A DNA stretch of 64,000 nt from an uncultured Pelagibacteraceae bacterium (GCA_902578305.1 CACHCK010000002.1:3907-67906); one strand, 5' to 3'. Positions 28,157-38,027 are shown, counted from the stretch's first letter. Program-made: numbers and translations. Notes: generated by a model not told the origin, from the sequence alone.

Positions 28157-30727
28157 ATGAATTTAGTAATAGTAGAAAGCCCAGCTAAGGCTAAAACAAT
28201 AAATAAATACTTAGGAAGTGAGTTCAATGTACTTGCAAGCTTTGGTCATGTTCGTGATTTGCCATCTAAAAATGGCTCGGTAGATCCAGAAAATAATTTT
28301 GCTTTTGAATGGGAAGTTTCTTCAACTTCAAAGAAACATATGAAAGAAATTTATGATGCCAGCGCTGATGCATCTACTCTTTATCTTGCAACTGACCCGG
28401 ATAGAGAAGGTGAAGCAATTGCATGGCATATTGTTGAGCTACTAAATAAAAAAAAATTACTAAAAGATAAAACTGTCAAGAGAGTGGTCTTTAGTGAGAT
28501 CACAAAAAATGCAGTAAAAAATGGAATTGCCAATCCAAGAGATATTGACACTGATCTTGTAGACGCCTATTTAGCTCGAAGAGCACTGGATTATCTATTT
28601 GGCTTTAATTTGTCACCAGTATTATGGAGAAAGTTACCGGGAGCTAAATCAGCTGGAAGAGTTCAATCAGTTGCCTTAAGATTGATATGTGAACGTGAAC
28701 TTACCATTGAGTCTTTCGAACCTGAAGAGTATTGGAAAATTAAAGGCAATGTAAAATTTGAGGATGGTTTTAATATAGAATCAAATTTACTTTCTGTAGA
28801 AGGCAAAAAAGTAGAAAAATTTAGCTTTAAGTCTGAAGATGATGCGAAAAAAATTGTAAATTTATTCTCGGATAATAAATTTGAAATAACAGATATTACA
28901 AAAAAACCAGCATCGAGGAATCCGGAACCACCTTTTTCTACCTCAACACTTCAACAAACCGCATCAAGTATTTATGGTTTTGGCGCCTCTCGAACAATGC
29001 AAATTGCACAAAAATTATTTCAGGGTATTGAAATTAATGGTGAAACTGTTGGTTTAATAACTTACATGCGTACTGATAGTACTGATATATCTAAAGAAGC
29101 CATTGAAACGTATAGAAACTATTTGAAAAAAAATTTTGAGAATGGGTATTGCCCTAATGAAGTAAGAACTTACAAATCAAAAAAAGCTAAAAACGCTCAG
29201 GAAGCTCACGAGGGAATTCGACCTACTGATATTGAATTAACACCTGATCAGGTTTCAAAATATTTAGATACGGATAGCTTAAAATTATACTCGTTGATAT
29301 GGAAAAGGGCACTTGCAAGTCAAATGAGTTCTGCTGTATTTGAAAGAACAGCTATTGATATCAGCTCTGAAAAGAATGAATTAAAACTGAGAGCAAACGG
29401 TTCTGTGGTAAAATTTGATGGGTTTTTGAATATTTATAGTGATTTTAAAGTAAAAAGTGATGAACAAGTTAAAAAAGATGAAAACGAGGAAGATGAAGAT
29501 GAGGTTACATTGCCGGCTATTTCTGAAGGAATGAAGATAGAGTCAGTTTCACCAACAGAAACACAGCATTTTACTCTTCCACCCCCTAGATACTCAGAGG
29601 CAAGTTTAGTAAAAAAATTAGAAGAATTGGGTATAGGAAGACCCTCAACTTACGCAAGTATAATTTCTGTTCTAAAAACAAGAAATTATGTTGAACTTGA
29701 TAAAAATAGGTTTGTGCCTGTTGATAGAGCAATATTGATAACGGCGTTTCTTAAGGGATTTTTCTCAAAGTACATTGATTATGAGTTTACTGCTGGAATG
29801 GAAGAATCACTAGATGAAATTACGTCTGGAAAAATAAAATGGACTGAATTCTTAGAAAATTTTTGGAAAAATTTTTCTACAAATGTTGGTGATGTTACTG
29901 ATTTGAGAATTACTAATATATTAGATAATTTAAATGAAATTCTTAAGTCACATATATTTGAGCAAAAAGAAGAAAATAACGGAGAAAAGGCAATATCAAG
30001 AAGTTGTCCTTCTGAAAACTGTGAAGGTGAACTGAGTCTTAAAGTAAGTCGATTTGGAGCGTTCGTAGGCTGTTCCAACTATCCCGATTGTAAATTTACT
30101 AGACCTATCTCTCATAAAAAAATTAAAGAAGCTTTTGAAGATACAATTCTTGGAAAAGATGCTGAGTCAGAACAGGATATTAAATTATTGAATGGAAGAT
30201 TTGGGCCATACGTTCAGCTAGGTGACGTAATTGAAAAAGAAAAACCAAAGAGAGCCTCAGTACCCAAAGGAATTTCCCCCTCTTCAATTGATTTAGAGAA
30301 AGCTCAGTATTTACTAAGTTTGCCAAGAGAGATAGGTGGTCATCCTGAAACAGGTGAAATTATTACTGTGAATTATGGCCGCTATGGTGGTTACATTAAT
30401 TGTGGTGATAAAAATGCTAGCCTTGAAGATAATTCTGAAATTTTTGATATTGGTATTAACAGAGCAGTTTCTCTGCTTGCTAATGCAAAACCTGGTAGAC
30501 TTAAAAGTTCGTCTGAAATCAAAACTTTAGGAGAGCATCCCAATGATAAAAAACCAATCAAAGTGATGAAAGGGAAGTTTGGGCCCTATATTAAATATAA
30601 AAGTACTAATGCCACAATTCCCGATAATATTGACCCAGAGGAAATTCTAATAGAAGAAGCTATTGATTTGATTGAAAAAAAACTAGAAAAAACAGGTAAG
30701 AAAAAGAAAAAATCTTCTAAAAAATAA
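28157..30727 (+). CDS. topA: DNA topoisomerase I
   Basis: 856 aa with Toprim MNLVIVESPAKAKTI and the catalytic-Tyr region GLITYMRTDS. The C-terminus has one Cys4 ribbon, then G(R/K)(F/Y)G(P/G)Y repeats and a Lys-rich tail. Confidence 0.96.
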   Translation: MNLVIVESPAKAKTINKYLGSEFNVLASFGHVRDLPSKNGSVDPENNFAFEWEVSSTSKKHMKEIYDASADASTLYLATDPDREGEAIAWHIVELLNKKKLLKDKTVKRVVFSEITKNAVKNGIANPRDIDTDLVDAYLARRALDYLFGFNLSPVLWRKLPGAKSAGRVQSVALRLICERELTIESFEPEEYWKIKGNVKFEDGFNIESNLLSVEGKKVEKFSFKSEDDAKKIVNLFSDNKFEITDITKKPASRNPEPPFSTSTLQQTASSIYGFGASRTMQIAQKLFQGIEINGETVGLITYMRTDSTDISKEAIETYRNYLKKNFENGYCPNEVRTYKSKKAKNAQEAHEGIRPTDIELTPDQVSKYLDTDSLKLYSLIWKRALASQMSSAVFERTAIDISSEKNELKLRANGSVVKFDGFLNIYSDFKVKSDEQVKKDENEEDEDEVTLPAISEGMKIESVSPTETQHFTLPPPRYSEASLVKKLEELGIGRPSTYASIISVLKTRNYVELDKNRFVPVDRAILITAFLKGFFSKYIDYEFTAGMEESLDEITSGKIKWTEFLENFWKNFSTNVGDVTDLRITNILDNLNEILKSHIFEQKEENNGEKAISRSCPSENCEGELSLKVSRFGAFVGCSNYPDCKFTRPISHKKIKEAFEDTILGKDAESEQDIKLLNGRFGPYVQLGDVIEKEKPKRASVPKGISPSSIDLEKAQYLLSLPREIGGHPETGEIITVNYGRYGGYINCGDKNASLEDNSEIFDIGINRAVSLLANAKPGRLKSSSEIKTLGEHPNDKKPIKVMKGKFGPYIKYKSTNATIPDNIDPEEILIEEAIDLIEKKLEKTGKKKKKSSKK

Positions 30728-30789
30728 AAAAACCTGTATCTTTATAATCTTTACAAAAATTAAATTATTAACAAATTGAAAGGTTAACT

Positions 30790-32280
30790 ATGGCTCTCGC
30801 TCTAAATGATGTGATGGAAAAGAAATCATCTCTGGATTTTAAAAACCAGGCTTTTATTAATGGAAACTATATAAATTCAGTAACTGGCAAAACGTTTGAG
30901 AGCATTAGTCCTGTTGATGGATCAATAATAACTAGCGTTTCAGAATGTGACGTTGAAGATATAAACATAGCTGTCAAAGCTGCGCGCGATGTATTTGAAA
31001 AAGGATCATGGTCTAGAATGGCTCCTTCAAAAAGAAAAAAAATTCTATTTAATTTCGCTGACTTAATGAAAAAAAATATTCTAGAGCTTGGCTTGCTAGA
31101 AACTTTAAACATGGGTAAACCTATAACTAGAGCGACAGGCGATATAGCAGCATGTATTAATTGCACAAAATGGTATGCTGAGGCAATTGATAAACTTTAT
31201 GATGATGTAGCTCCAACAAGCGATAATTTGATTGCCACTATCACAAAAGAACCTCTGGGTGTAGTTGGAGCAGTAACTCCTTGGAATTTTCCTTTGTTAA
31301 TGGCTTGTTGGAAATTTGCACCTGCGTTAGCAACTGGAAATAGTTTTATTTTAAAGCCCGCAGAACAATCACCTTTATCTGCATTAAGAGTTGCCGAACT
31401 AGCAATGGAGGCTGGTATTCCAGAAGGAGTCTTCAATGTAGTGCCAGGTTATGGTCCTACTGCAGGAAAAGCATTAGGAACTCACATGGATGTTGATAAA
31501 CTTGGATTTACTGGATCTACTGAAGTTGGCAGATATTTTTTATCTTACGCAGGTGAATCCAACATGAAGAGAGTTTCACTGGAGTGTGGAGGAAAGTCTC
31601 CAAATATAATATTTGCAGATGCACCTGATTTAGACCATGCTGCAAAAATGGCAGCTGATGGCATGTTTGGAAACAGTGGTCAGGTATGTGATGCGCCCTC
31701 AAGGTTACTACTTCAAAAATCAATAAAAGACGAATTTTTAGAAAAAGTCGTAAGCTACTCTAAACCTTGGATGCCAGGTAATCCGTTTGACCCAAACACT
31801 TTAATGGGCTCAATAGTTGATAAAACTCAAACTGAAAGAATAATGAGTTATATAGATAAAGGTAAATCTGAAGGCGCGAACGTTATAACTGGTGGTGACC
31901 AGGTGCTTCAAGACTCAGGTGGCTACTACGTCAGCCCTACGGTCTTTAAAGATGTTCAAAATTCAATGACCGTTGCTAAAGAGGAAATTTTCGGACCAGT
32001 ATTATGTGCCATAGATTTTGAAAATGAAGATGAAGCTCTTCAAATAGCAAATGATACTCATTATGGACTTAATGCAATGATATGGTCTAATGACTTAAAT
32101 AAAGTACATAAGCTTGCAAAAAGAATTAAAAGTGGAAAAGTTCTGATAAATAGTTTGAGCGATGGAGATATGTCTTTACCTCACGGTGGATACAAGCAGT
32201 CAGGTTCTGGAAGAGATAAATCTCTGGAAGCCCTTGGCCAATATACTCAAACAAAACTTACATTGATAGAAATAAAGTAA
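30790..32280 (+). CDS. NAD(P)+-dependent aldehyde dehydrogenase, PuuC-like
   Basis: 496 aa with TPWNFPL, FTGSTEVGR, the catalytic Glu box LECGGKSP, the catalytic Cys box GQVCDAPSR and EEIFGPV. Confidence 0.9.
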   Translation: MALALNDVMEKKSSLDFKNQAFINGNYINSVTGKTFESISPVDGSIITSVSECDVEDINIAVKAARDVFEKGSWSRMAPSKRKKILFNFADLMKKNILELGLLETLNMGKPITRATGDIAACINCTKWYAEAIDKLYDDVAPTSDNLIATITKEPLGVVGAVTPWNFPLLMACWKFAPALATGNSFILKPAEQSPLSALRVAELAMEAGIPEGVFNVVPGYGPTAGKALGTHMDVDKLGFTGSTEVGRYFLSYAGESNMKRVSLECGGKSPNIIFADAPDLDHAAKMAADGMFGNSGQVCDAPSRLLLQKSIKDEFLEKVVSYSKPWMPGNPFDPNTLMGSIVDKTQTERIMSYIDKGKSEGANVITGGDQVLQDSGGYYVSPTVFKDVQNSMTVAKEEIFGPVLCAIDFENEDEALQIANDTHYGLNAMIWSNDLNKVHKLAKRIKSGKVLINSLSDGDMSLPHGGYKQSGSGRDKSLEALGQYTQTKLTLIEIK

Positions 32281-32283
32281 TTA

Positions 32284-32949
32284 GTGTCACATAAGTTATC
32301 TGATGGCCTTCAAAAGCAAATAAGCAAAGCTACTCTTTTAAAGAATAAACCACTGCTTATAACTGATGCTGATGAAGTCTTATTAAATTTCGTAAAATGC
32401 TTTGAAATTTACTTGGAAAAAAAAGGATTTTGGTATGACCTTAGTTCATACGCTCTTTTTGGTAATATAAAACAAAAAGGAACTGATGAAGTGCTATCTA
32501 ATGAAGTTATACTTGAATATTTAGACGATTTTTTTCGAACAGAGTCAAAAGATATAACTTTTGTTGAAGAATCAATACACTTTATCAATAAACTTCTGGA
32601 CTCTAATTTTCAAATTTTAGTACTGACTAATATTCCATTCAAATATTTGAATGATAGAAAGTATTGTTTTCAAAAGAATGGTCTTAATCTTCAAATAATT
32701 GCCGGAAACGGACCAAAAGGGTTGGTAATTAAAGAATTAATTAGAGATTTTAATGAAAAAGTTTTTTTTATAGATGATTTAGCTCCCCACATATCCTCCG
32801 TAAAAGAAGAAGTATCGAGATCTAAAACTATTCATTACGTATCTGATGAACGATTATCTAAACTTGCAGTTTCGCCGAAAGAGGCGGATTTTCGTGCATA
32901 TAGTTGGAAAGATATATATAATTTTCTAATTAATGAAGTTAGTGGATAA
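32284..32949 (+). CDS. HAD-superfamily hydrolase (possibly NT5C-like phosphatase), function unknown
   Basis: 221 aa starting at GTG. All four HAD motifs can be read: I LITDADEVLL, II LVLTN, III a Lys in GPKGLVIKE, and IV FFIDD. The subfamily assignment is tentative. Confidence 0.6.
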   Translation: MSHKLSDGLQKQISKATLLKNKPLLITDADEVLLNFVKCFEIYLEKKGFWYDLSSYALFGNIKQKGTDEVLSNEVILEYLDDFFRTESKDITFVEESIHFINKLLDSNFQILVLTNIPFKYLNDRKYCFQKNGLNLQIIAGNGPKGLVIKELIRDFNEKVFFIDDLAPHISSVKEEVSRSKTIHYVSDERLSKLAVSPKEADFRAYSWKDIYNFLINEVSG

Positions 32950-33397
32950 AATACTCGAAGTAGAAAAAGATTTTAAGCAATTTAAGCTTGTAACTCTTGG
33001 GAATTATTTGCCTTTTAAAAAAATAGGCAACTTAGTTTATGTATCTGGGCAACTTCCTATAAAAGAGGAAAAAATTATAACTGGCAAAGTTCCATCAGAA
33101 ACTGACATTAAGGAGGCATCATATGGATCACGCATATGTATGCTTAATACTTTGTCTATATTAGATCAACTAAACCCTTCATGTGAACTTAGTGATTTTA
33201 ATTGTATTCATGTTGCTGGTTACGTAAATGCTGATCATTCATTTTCTGATCATCCTTTAGTCATCAATGGTGCATCAGATGTTGTTTGTGATATTATGGG
33301 AGAAAAAGGAAAGCATTCTAGAATTGCGGTGGGAGCAAGCTCTCTTCCAAAAAATGCTAGTGTTGAAGTTGCATCAATATTTGAAATTCTGAAATAA
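32933..33397 (+). CDS. RidA/YjgF/UK114 family protein (long-form subgroup)
   Basis: 154 aa with GNLVYVSGQLP and C-terminal HSRIAVGASSLPKNASVEVASIFEI, which retains the Arg. It overlaps the HAD gene by 17 nt, or by 8 nt if the GTG at 32942 is the start. Confidence 0.85.
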   Translation: MKLVDKILEVEKDFKQFKLVTLGNYLPFKKIGNLVYVSGQLPIKEEKIITGKVPSETDIKEASYGSRICMLNTLSILDQLNPSCELSDFNCIHVAGYVNADHSFSDHPLVINGASDVVCDIMGEKGKHSRIAVGASSLPKNASVEVASIFEILK

Positions 33398-34083
33398 TGA
33401 GTCCTTTTCTTGATCGTCCGATTGCCCATAGAGGGCTTCATGATAAAAAATTAATCATTGAAAATTCTTTGGAAGCATTTGAAAATGCAATGAAACACAA
33501 CCTTGCAATAGAATGTGATATAGTATTATCTAAGGATAAAGAAATTATAGTATTTCATGATTACGATCTTAAAAGGATGTGTGGAATAGATTCTAATATT
33601 AATGATCTAAGTACAAACGAAATAAGAAAACTCAAGCTTTTAGATACAGATTGTAGAATACCCTCACTTGATGAGATGCTACATTTAGTAGATGGCCAAA
33701 CACCTATATTAATTGAAATAAAATCTGGTTTTAATCCTGAAATTGAAGAAAGATTAATTGAAATAATTCGAGCTTACAATGGAGAAATTGCTTTACAGTC
33801 ATTTGATTATAAAATGTGTGAATGGTTTAAAATCAATGCTCCATTTTATAAAACGGGCCTAATAACCAGTAATAATAATATTGATTTAAAAGAGATTTCT
33901 CATCTTGGCATTAATTTTTTATCGGTTGATGTAGAAAAAATAAGCATCAGAAATATTCAAAGTATAAGGAAGGAAAATATTCCACTATTAACTTGGACAA
34001 TTAATAGTATTGAAAAGTATAATTTGTCACAGAAGTTTGCAGATAATATTATTTTTGAAGATATACATAATGAAATTAGTTAA
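33397..34083 (+). CDS. glycerophosphodiester phosphodiesterase family protein (second copy)
   Basis: 228 aa with the GDPD motifs IAHRG, ENSLEAF, IECDIV and IVFHD. It has no signal peptide. Its start overlaps the RidA stop (TAATG). Confidence 0.85.
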   Translation: MSPFLDRPIAHRGLHDKKLIIENSLEAFENAMKHNLAIECDIVLSKDKEIIVFHDYDLKRMCGIDSNINDLSTNEIRKLKLLDTDCRIPSLDEMLHLVDGQTPILIEIKSGFNPEIEERLIEIIRAYNGEIALQSFDYKMCEWFKINAPFYKTGLITSNNNIDLKEISHLGINFLSVDVEKISIRNIQSIRKENIPLLTWTINSIEKYNLSQKFADNIIFEDIHNEIS

Positions 34084-34903
34084 AAGTATAAAATATCTCA
34101 ATAAAATCCTAGATCAATATAGAAGCGATGGTTTTAAAATTCACTTAACACCAACAATGGGAGCTTTACATAGAGGACATTTAAAGTTAGTAAAGGAGTC
34201 AAAAAAACTAAAATCAATTGTTGTAGTTAGTATTTTTGTTAACCCTACACAATTTGGACCAAAAGAAGATTATAAAAATTACCCAAGGACGCTCAAAAAT
34301 GATCTTAAAGTCTTAAAAAAATACGGCGCCCATATTGTCTTCATTCCTATTCAGAAACAAATTCTCTCCCATAAAACAAAATATAATTGTCCACAGTTTG
34401 CAATTGAAAAACGATTATGTGGTAAATCAAGACCAAAATACTTTCCAGGTGTTAAAAATATTGTACTTAAACTTTTTGATATAGTACAACCAGACGCAGC
34501 ATTTTTTGGTGAAAAAGATTATCAACAATACTTGGTAATCAAAAAAATGGCTGAGTCATTAAAATTAAACACAAGCATAATATGCGTTAAAACTGTTAGG
34601 GATAGAAATGGACTTCCACTTTCATCAAGAAATAACTATTTAAGTGATCAGGAATTTAAAATTGCTATTAAAATCAATAAATTACTTAAAAAATTACCTC
34701 CATTGATTAAAACCAAGTTAAAGATTAATAAAATTCTTAATCACACAAAAAAAGTTCTGATAGATCATGGTGTCGATAAAATTGATTATCTGACTGTATT
34801 AAATGATGATCTCTCTCTTCGAAAAAAAATAAGTGATAAATCAAGAATATTTATTGCTGTTAAAATAGGAAATACTCGATTAATTGACAATATAAAGATC
34901 TAA
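34069..34903 (+). CDS. panC: pantoate--beta-alanine ligase
   Basis: It has the PTMGALHRGHLKLV (HIGH-like) motif. I use the Met at 34069 (MKLVKSIKYL...). The track's 34010 start adds a hydrophobic 20-aa extension that lies wholly inside the GDPD gene. Confidence 0.92.
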
Positions 34904-36276
34904 AATAAATAAATTGAAGCGAGCCCAAGAAAAGATAAAAATCCAAATACATCAGTTATTGTTGTTACAAATACACTTGATGCCAAAGCGGGATCAATCT
35001 TAACTTTATTAAAAATATATGGAACTAGGAAACCAAACAAACCTGCAGATAAAATATTTATTACCATTGCTGCTCCAACAATTATAGACAAACTAAGATC
35101 AGAAAACCAAACCCAAGCAGCAAACCCTGTTATAATCGCAAATAATATTCCATTTAATACTGATATCGCAATTTCTTTGAAAAAGACCTTTCTTCTATTA
35201 TTATCTACTAATTCTTTAGTTGCGATAGCTCTCACGGTAAGTGTTAACGTTTGTGTTCCTGCATTACCACCCATTGATGCAACAATTGGCATTAAGATCG
35301 CTAGTGCTACCATTTTCTCAATACTGGCATCAAATAGACTTATTACATAAGATGCAAGAATTGCGGTTAATAAATTTAGAAATAACCATATAAATCGTCG
35401 CCTCGTTGATCTTCCAATGGATTGATTCATCTCACTTTCTGAAACACCACCCAACCTCAAAATATCTTCTTCTGCTTCTTCTTGAACAACCCACACAATA
35501 TCATCTGCCGTAATTCTTCCAATTAATCTATTTTGGTTATCGACAACTCCAGCTGACACCAAAGAGTATTGCTCAAAGAAAAGTGCTACTTCTTCTTGAT
35601 CCATAGATGCCTTAACAAATTTTGGGTTTTCTTCTAAAATTTCGTTTAATTTTGTATCTCTACCTGACTTCAGAACTTTAGAAACTGAAGCACTCCCCAA
35701 CGGTTTATTGCTCGGGTCGACAATAAAAAGTTCATAGAATTCATCAGGTAAGTCAATTTGTTCTCTTAAATGATCAATGGCCTGCCCTACTGTCCAAAAA
35801 CCTGGCATTGAAACAAATTCTTTTTGCATTCTTCTTCCAGCAGTATCTTCAGGGTAATTAAGACTTTCTTGTAAAATTTCTCTCTCTGTGGGGTTTACTT
35901 GATCTAAAATTTTCTTTTGAGCTGCTGGCTCCAAAGACTCAATGAGGTTAATTGCATCATCTGTCTCCATCTCACTAATAGAGCGAACTACTTTAGTATC
36001 CTCTAATTCTTGAACTGTTTCATCTATAATAGTGTCATCTAGCTCAGCAAGAACATCTGTATGGCGGTCTTCATTAAGATTATTAAGAATGTAAGATCGT
36101 TGCTCTTTACTAAGAAAAGTAAAGAGATCAGCCAAATCTGCTGGATGAAGAGGAGAAATAATATTGGTTAGTTTATCTTTTTCTTTGTTATTGCAAAAAT
36201 TTATTACATCATTAATTAATTGATTATTAAAAGTAATATTCTCATTTTGAGGTGGTTCATTTACAATATTATTCAT
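34900..36276 (-). CDS. mgtE: magnesium transporter MgtE
   Basis: 458 aa with an N-domain, tandem CBS region and a C-terminal 5-TM domain carrying MGGNAGTQ. Confidence 0.94.
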   Translation of the reverse strand: MNNIVNEPPQNENITFNNQLINDVINFCNNKEKDKLTNIISPLHPADLADLFTFLSKEQRSYILNNLNEDRHTDVLAELDDTIIDETVQELEDTKVVRSISEMETDDAINLIESLEPAAQKKILDQVNPTEREILQESLNYPEDTAGRRMQKEFVSMPGFWTVGQAIDHLREQIDLPDEFYELFIVDPSNKPLGSASVSKVLKSGRDTKLNEILEENPKFVKASMDQEEVALFFEQYSLVSAGVVDNQNRLIGRITADDIVWVVQEEAEEDILRLGGVSESEMNQSIGRSTRRRFIWLFLNLLTAILASYVISLFDASIEKMVALAILMPIVASMGGNAGTQTLTLTVRAIATKELVDNNRRKVFFKEIAISVLNGILFAIITGFAAWVWFSDLSLSIIVGAAMVINILSAGLFGFLVPYIFNKVKIDPALASSVFVTTITDVFGFLSFLGLASIYLF

Positions 36277-36319
36277 AATAAAAATATGTACATCAATTTA
36301 GGTTATTATCCAGGAAAAC

Positions 36320-36940
36320 ATGGAAATTAAGATAGATAATTCAGCTCAAGACTACTTAAAAAGTCTTAAATATATGGAAAATAGAGTTAATGAAATAATT
36401 AAAAACAAGAATGACGAACTGGCTTGGCTCTTAAGTCATCCAGCGATATATACATCAGGATCTACTGATCATAAAAGTGACCTTCTTAATAATAATAAAA
36501 TACCTGTAATTAAGACTAATCGGGGAGGAAAATATACTTATCATGGCCCTGGACAAAGAGTTGTCTACCTTATGATCAATTTAAATAATAGAAAAAAAGA
36601 CATTAAATTTTTTGTAAACCAAATTGAAAAATTGATCATAGAAATTTTAAGTAATTTTCACATTGTTGCAGAAGCAATACCTGATCATCATGGAGTATTC
36701 GTTAAAAAGAATAATGGTCAACTCTATAAAATTGCCAGTATTGGCTTAAAGGTAAAAAAATGGGTTACTTACCATGGTTTTTCAATAAATGTAAATCCAG
36801 ATTTAAGTCACTATGAAGGTATCAAGCCATGTGGAATGAGTAGCAAATTTGTCACTAGTTTATCAGATTTAGGTTATAATATAAAGAGCATGGAAATTGA
36901 TAGAACAATTGAAAAAACTCTAATTAAATATTTTAATTAA
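36320..36940 (+). CDS. lipB: octanoyltransferase (lipoyl(octanoyl) transferase)
   Basis: 206 aa with NRGGKYTYHGPGQ, KIASIGLKV and the catalytic Cys in IKPCGMS. Confidence 0.93.
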   Translation: MEIKIDNSAQDYLKSLKYMENRVNEIIKNKNDELAWLLSHPAIYTSGSTDHKSDLLNNNKIPVIKTNRGGKYTYHGPGQRVVYLMINLNNRKKDIKFFVNQIEKLIIEILSNFHIVAEAIPDHHGVFVKKNNGQLYKIASIGLKVKKWVTYHGFSINVNPDLSHYEGIKPCGMSSKFVTSLSDLGYNIKSMEIDRTIEKTLIKYFN

Positions 36941-36941
36941 A

Positions 36942-38027
36942 ATGAACTTTACTTCTGTAAAAAATAACAAAAAAACTATAAATCTCAAAAATAAAAATAA
37001 GAACTATGAAGTAAATGCTCAATGGCTTTATGAGCATAGTACGAACAGCGAGATAAGAGATAATTATACAAATCAACTTTTAATAGAAGCAGCGGAAATA
37101 GATGAACATTTATACGTTAAATCAGCCAAAATAAACAAAAATGTTTTACAAATTCAATTTTCAGATAATTCAAAACATTCGTATCAATTTGGCTATCTCT
37201 ACAATCAACTAGAATCTGAAAAATTCAAGTCTAAAAAATGTTTATGGAATAAAGAAAGTATTAAAATTCCAAAATATGACTTTCTGCTAATAAATGAAAA
37301 AATGCTATCTGATATTTTATTATCTGTTGAAACATTTGGTTTTTGTTTAGTCAGAAATATTCCAAAAACTAAGAATGGTTTAAATCAACTTATGAAACTT
37401 ATTGGGCCAGTTAAAAAAACAAATTGGGGTGGTATTGCTGACGTTAAAAACATAAAAAAAGCCTATGACTTAACTATGACAACAAGAGCACTAGAGAACC
37501 ATACTGACAATCCATATCGATTCCCTACACAAGGTTATATTTTTTTACACTGTATAGAAAACGCTTCTATAGGCGGAGAAAATACAATAGTTGACGGTTT
37601 TAATGTTGCAAAAATTTTGCGAGATAGACATAAACAATTCTTTAATACGCTTACAACTTTCAATACCTTTTTTAGATATAAAGATGAAAATGCCTGGTTA
37701 GAAAATAAATGTAAGCTGATCGAGTTAGATGATATGAGCAATGTAATACAAGTAAGGTACAACAATAGAACTGAATTAATTCCATTCGATAAAAATCAAA
37801 AAATAGACGATTACATTAATGCAAGAAGAAAGTTATGGGATTTAATTAAGGATAAAAAAAATAATATTCGCATTAAACAACAACCAGGCGACATGTTAAT
37901 TTTAGATAATTATCGTGTATTGCATGGAAGGGGTGCATATAGAGATACTAAATGTCGTCGTTACTTTAGACAAGGCTACATGGATAGAGATATTTTTCAG
38001 AGCAAATTAAAAACTTTGGCTATTTAG
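36942..38027 (+). CDS. Fe(II)/2-oxoglutarate dioxygenase of the gamma-butyrobetaine hydroxylase / trimethyllysine hydroxylase family; substrate unknown
   Basis: 361 aa. It has the facial triad H-x-D in LENHTDNPY and the distal His in LDNYRVLHGRG. GGENTIVDGFNV, IELDD and PGDMLILDNYRVLHGR closely parallel BBOX1 segments as I recall them. The N-terminal DUF971-like domain reads WLYEHSTNSEIRD. Confidence 0.85.
   Translation: MNFTSVKNNKKTINLKNKNKNYEVNAQWLYEHSTNSEIRDNYTNQLLIEAAEIDEHLYVKSAKINKNVLQIQFSDNSKHSYQFGYLYNQLESEKFKSKKCLWNKESIKIPKYDFLLINEKMLSDILLSVETFGFCLVRNIPKTKNGLNQLMKLIGPVKKTNWGGIADVKNIKKAYDLTMTTRALENHTDNPYRFPTQGYIFLHCIENASIGGENTIVDGFNVAKILRDRHKQFFNTLTTFNTFFRYKDENAWLENKCKLIELDDMSNVIQVRYNNRTELIPFDKNQKIDDYINARRKLWDLIKDKKNNIRIKQQPGDMLILDNYRVLHGRGAYRDTKCRRYFRQGYMDRDIFQSKLKTLAI

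Noticed and set aside
36277-36319. I looked for an M-box (Mg2+) riboswitch upstream of mgtE.
   Set aside because: The divergent mgtE/lipB spacer is only 43 bp, far too short for an M-box.
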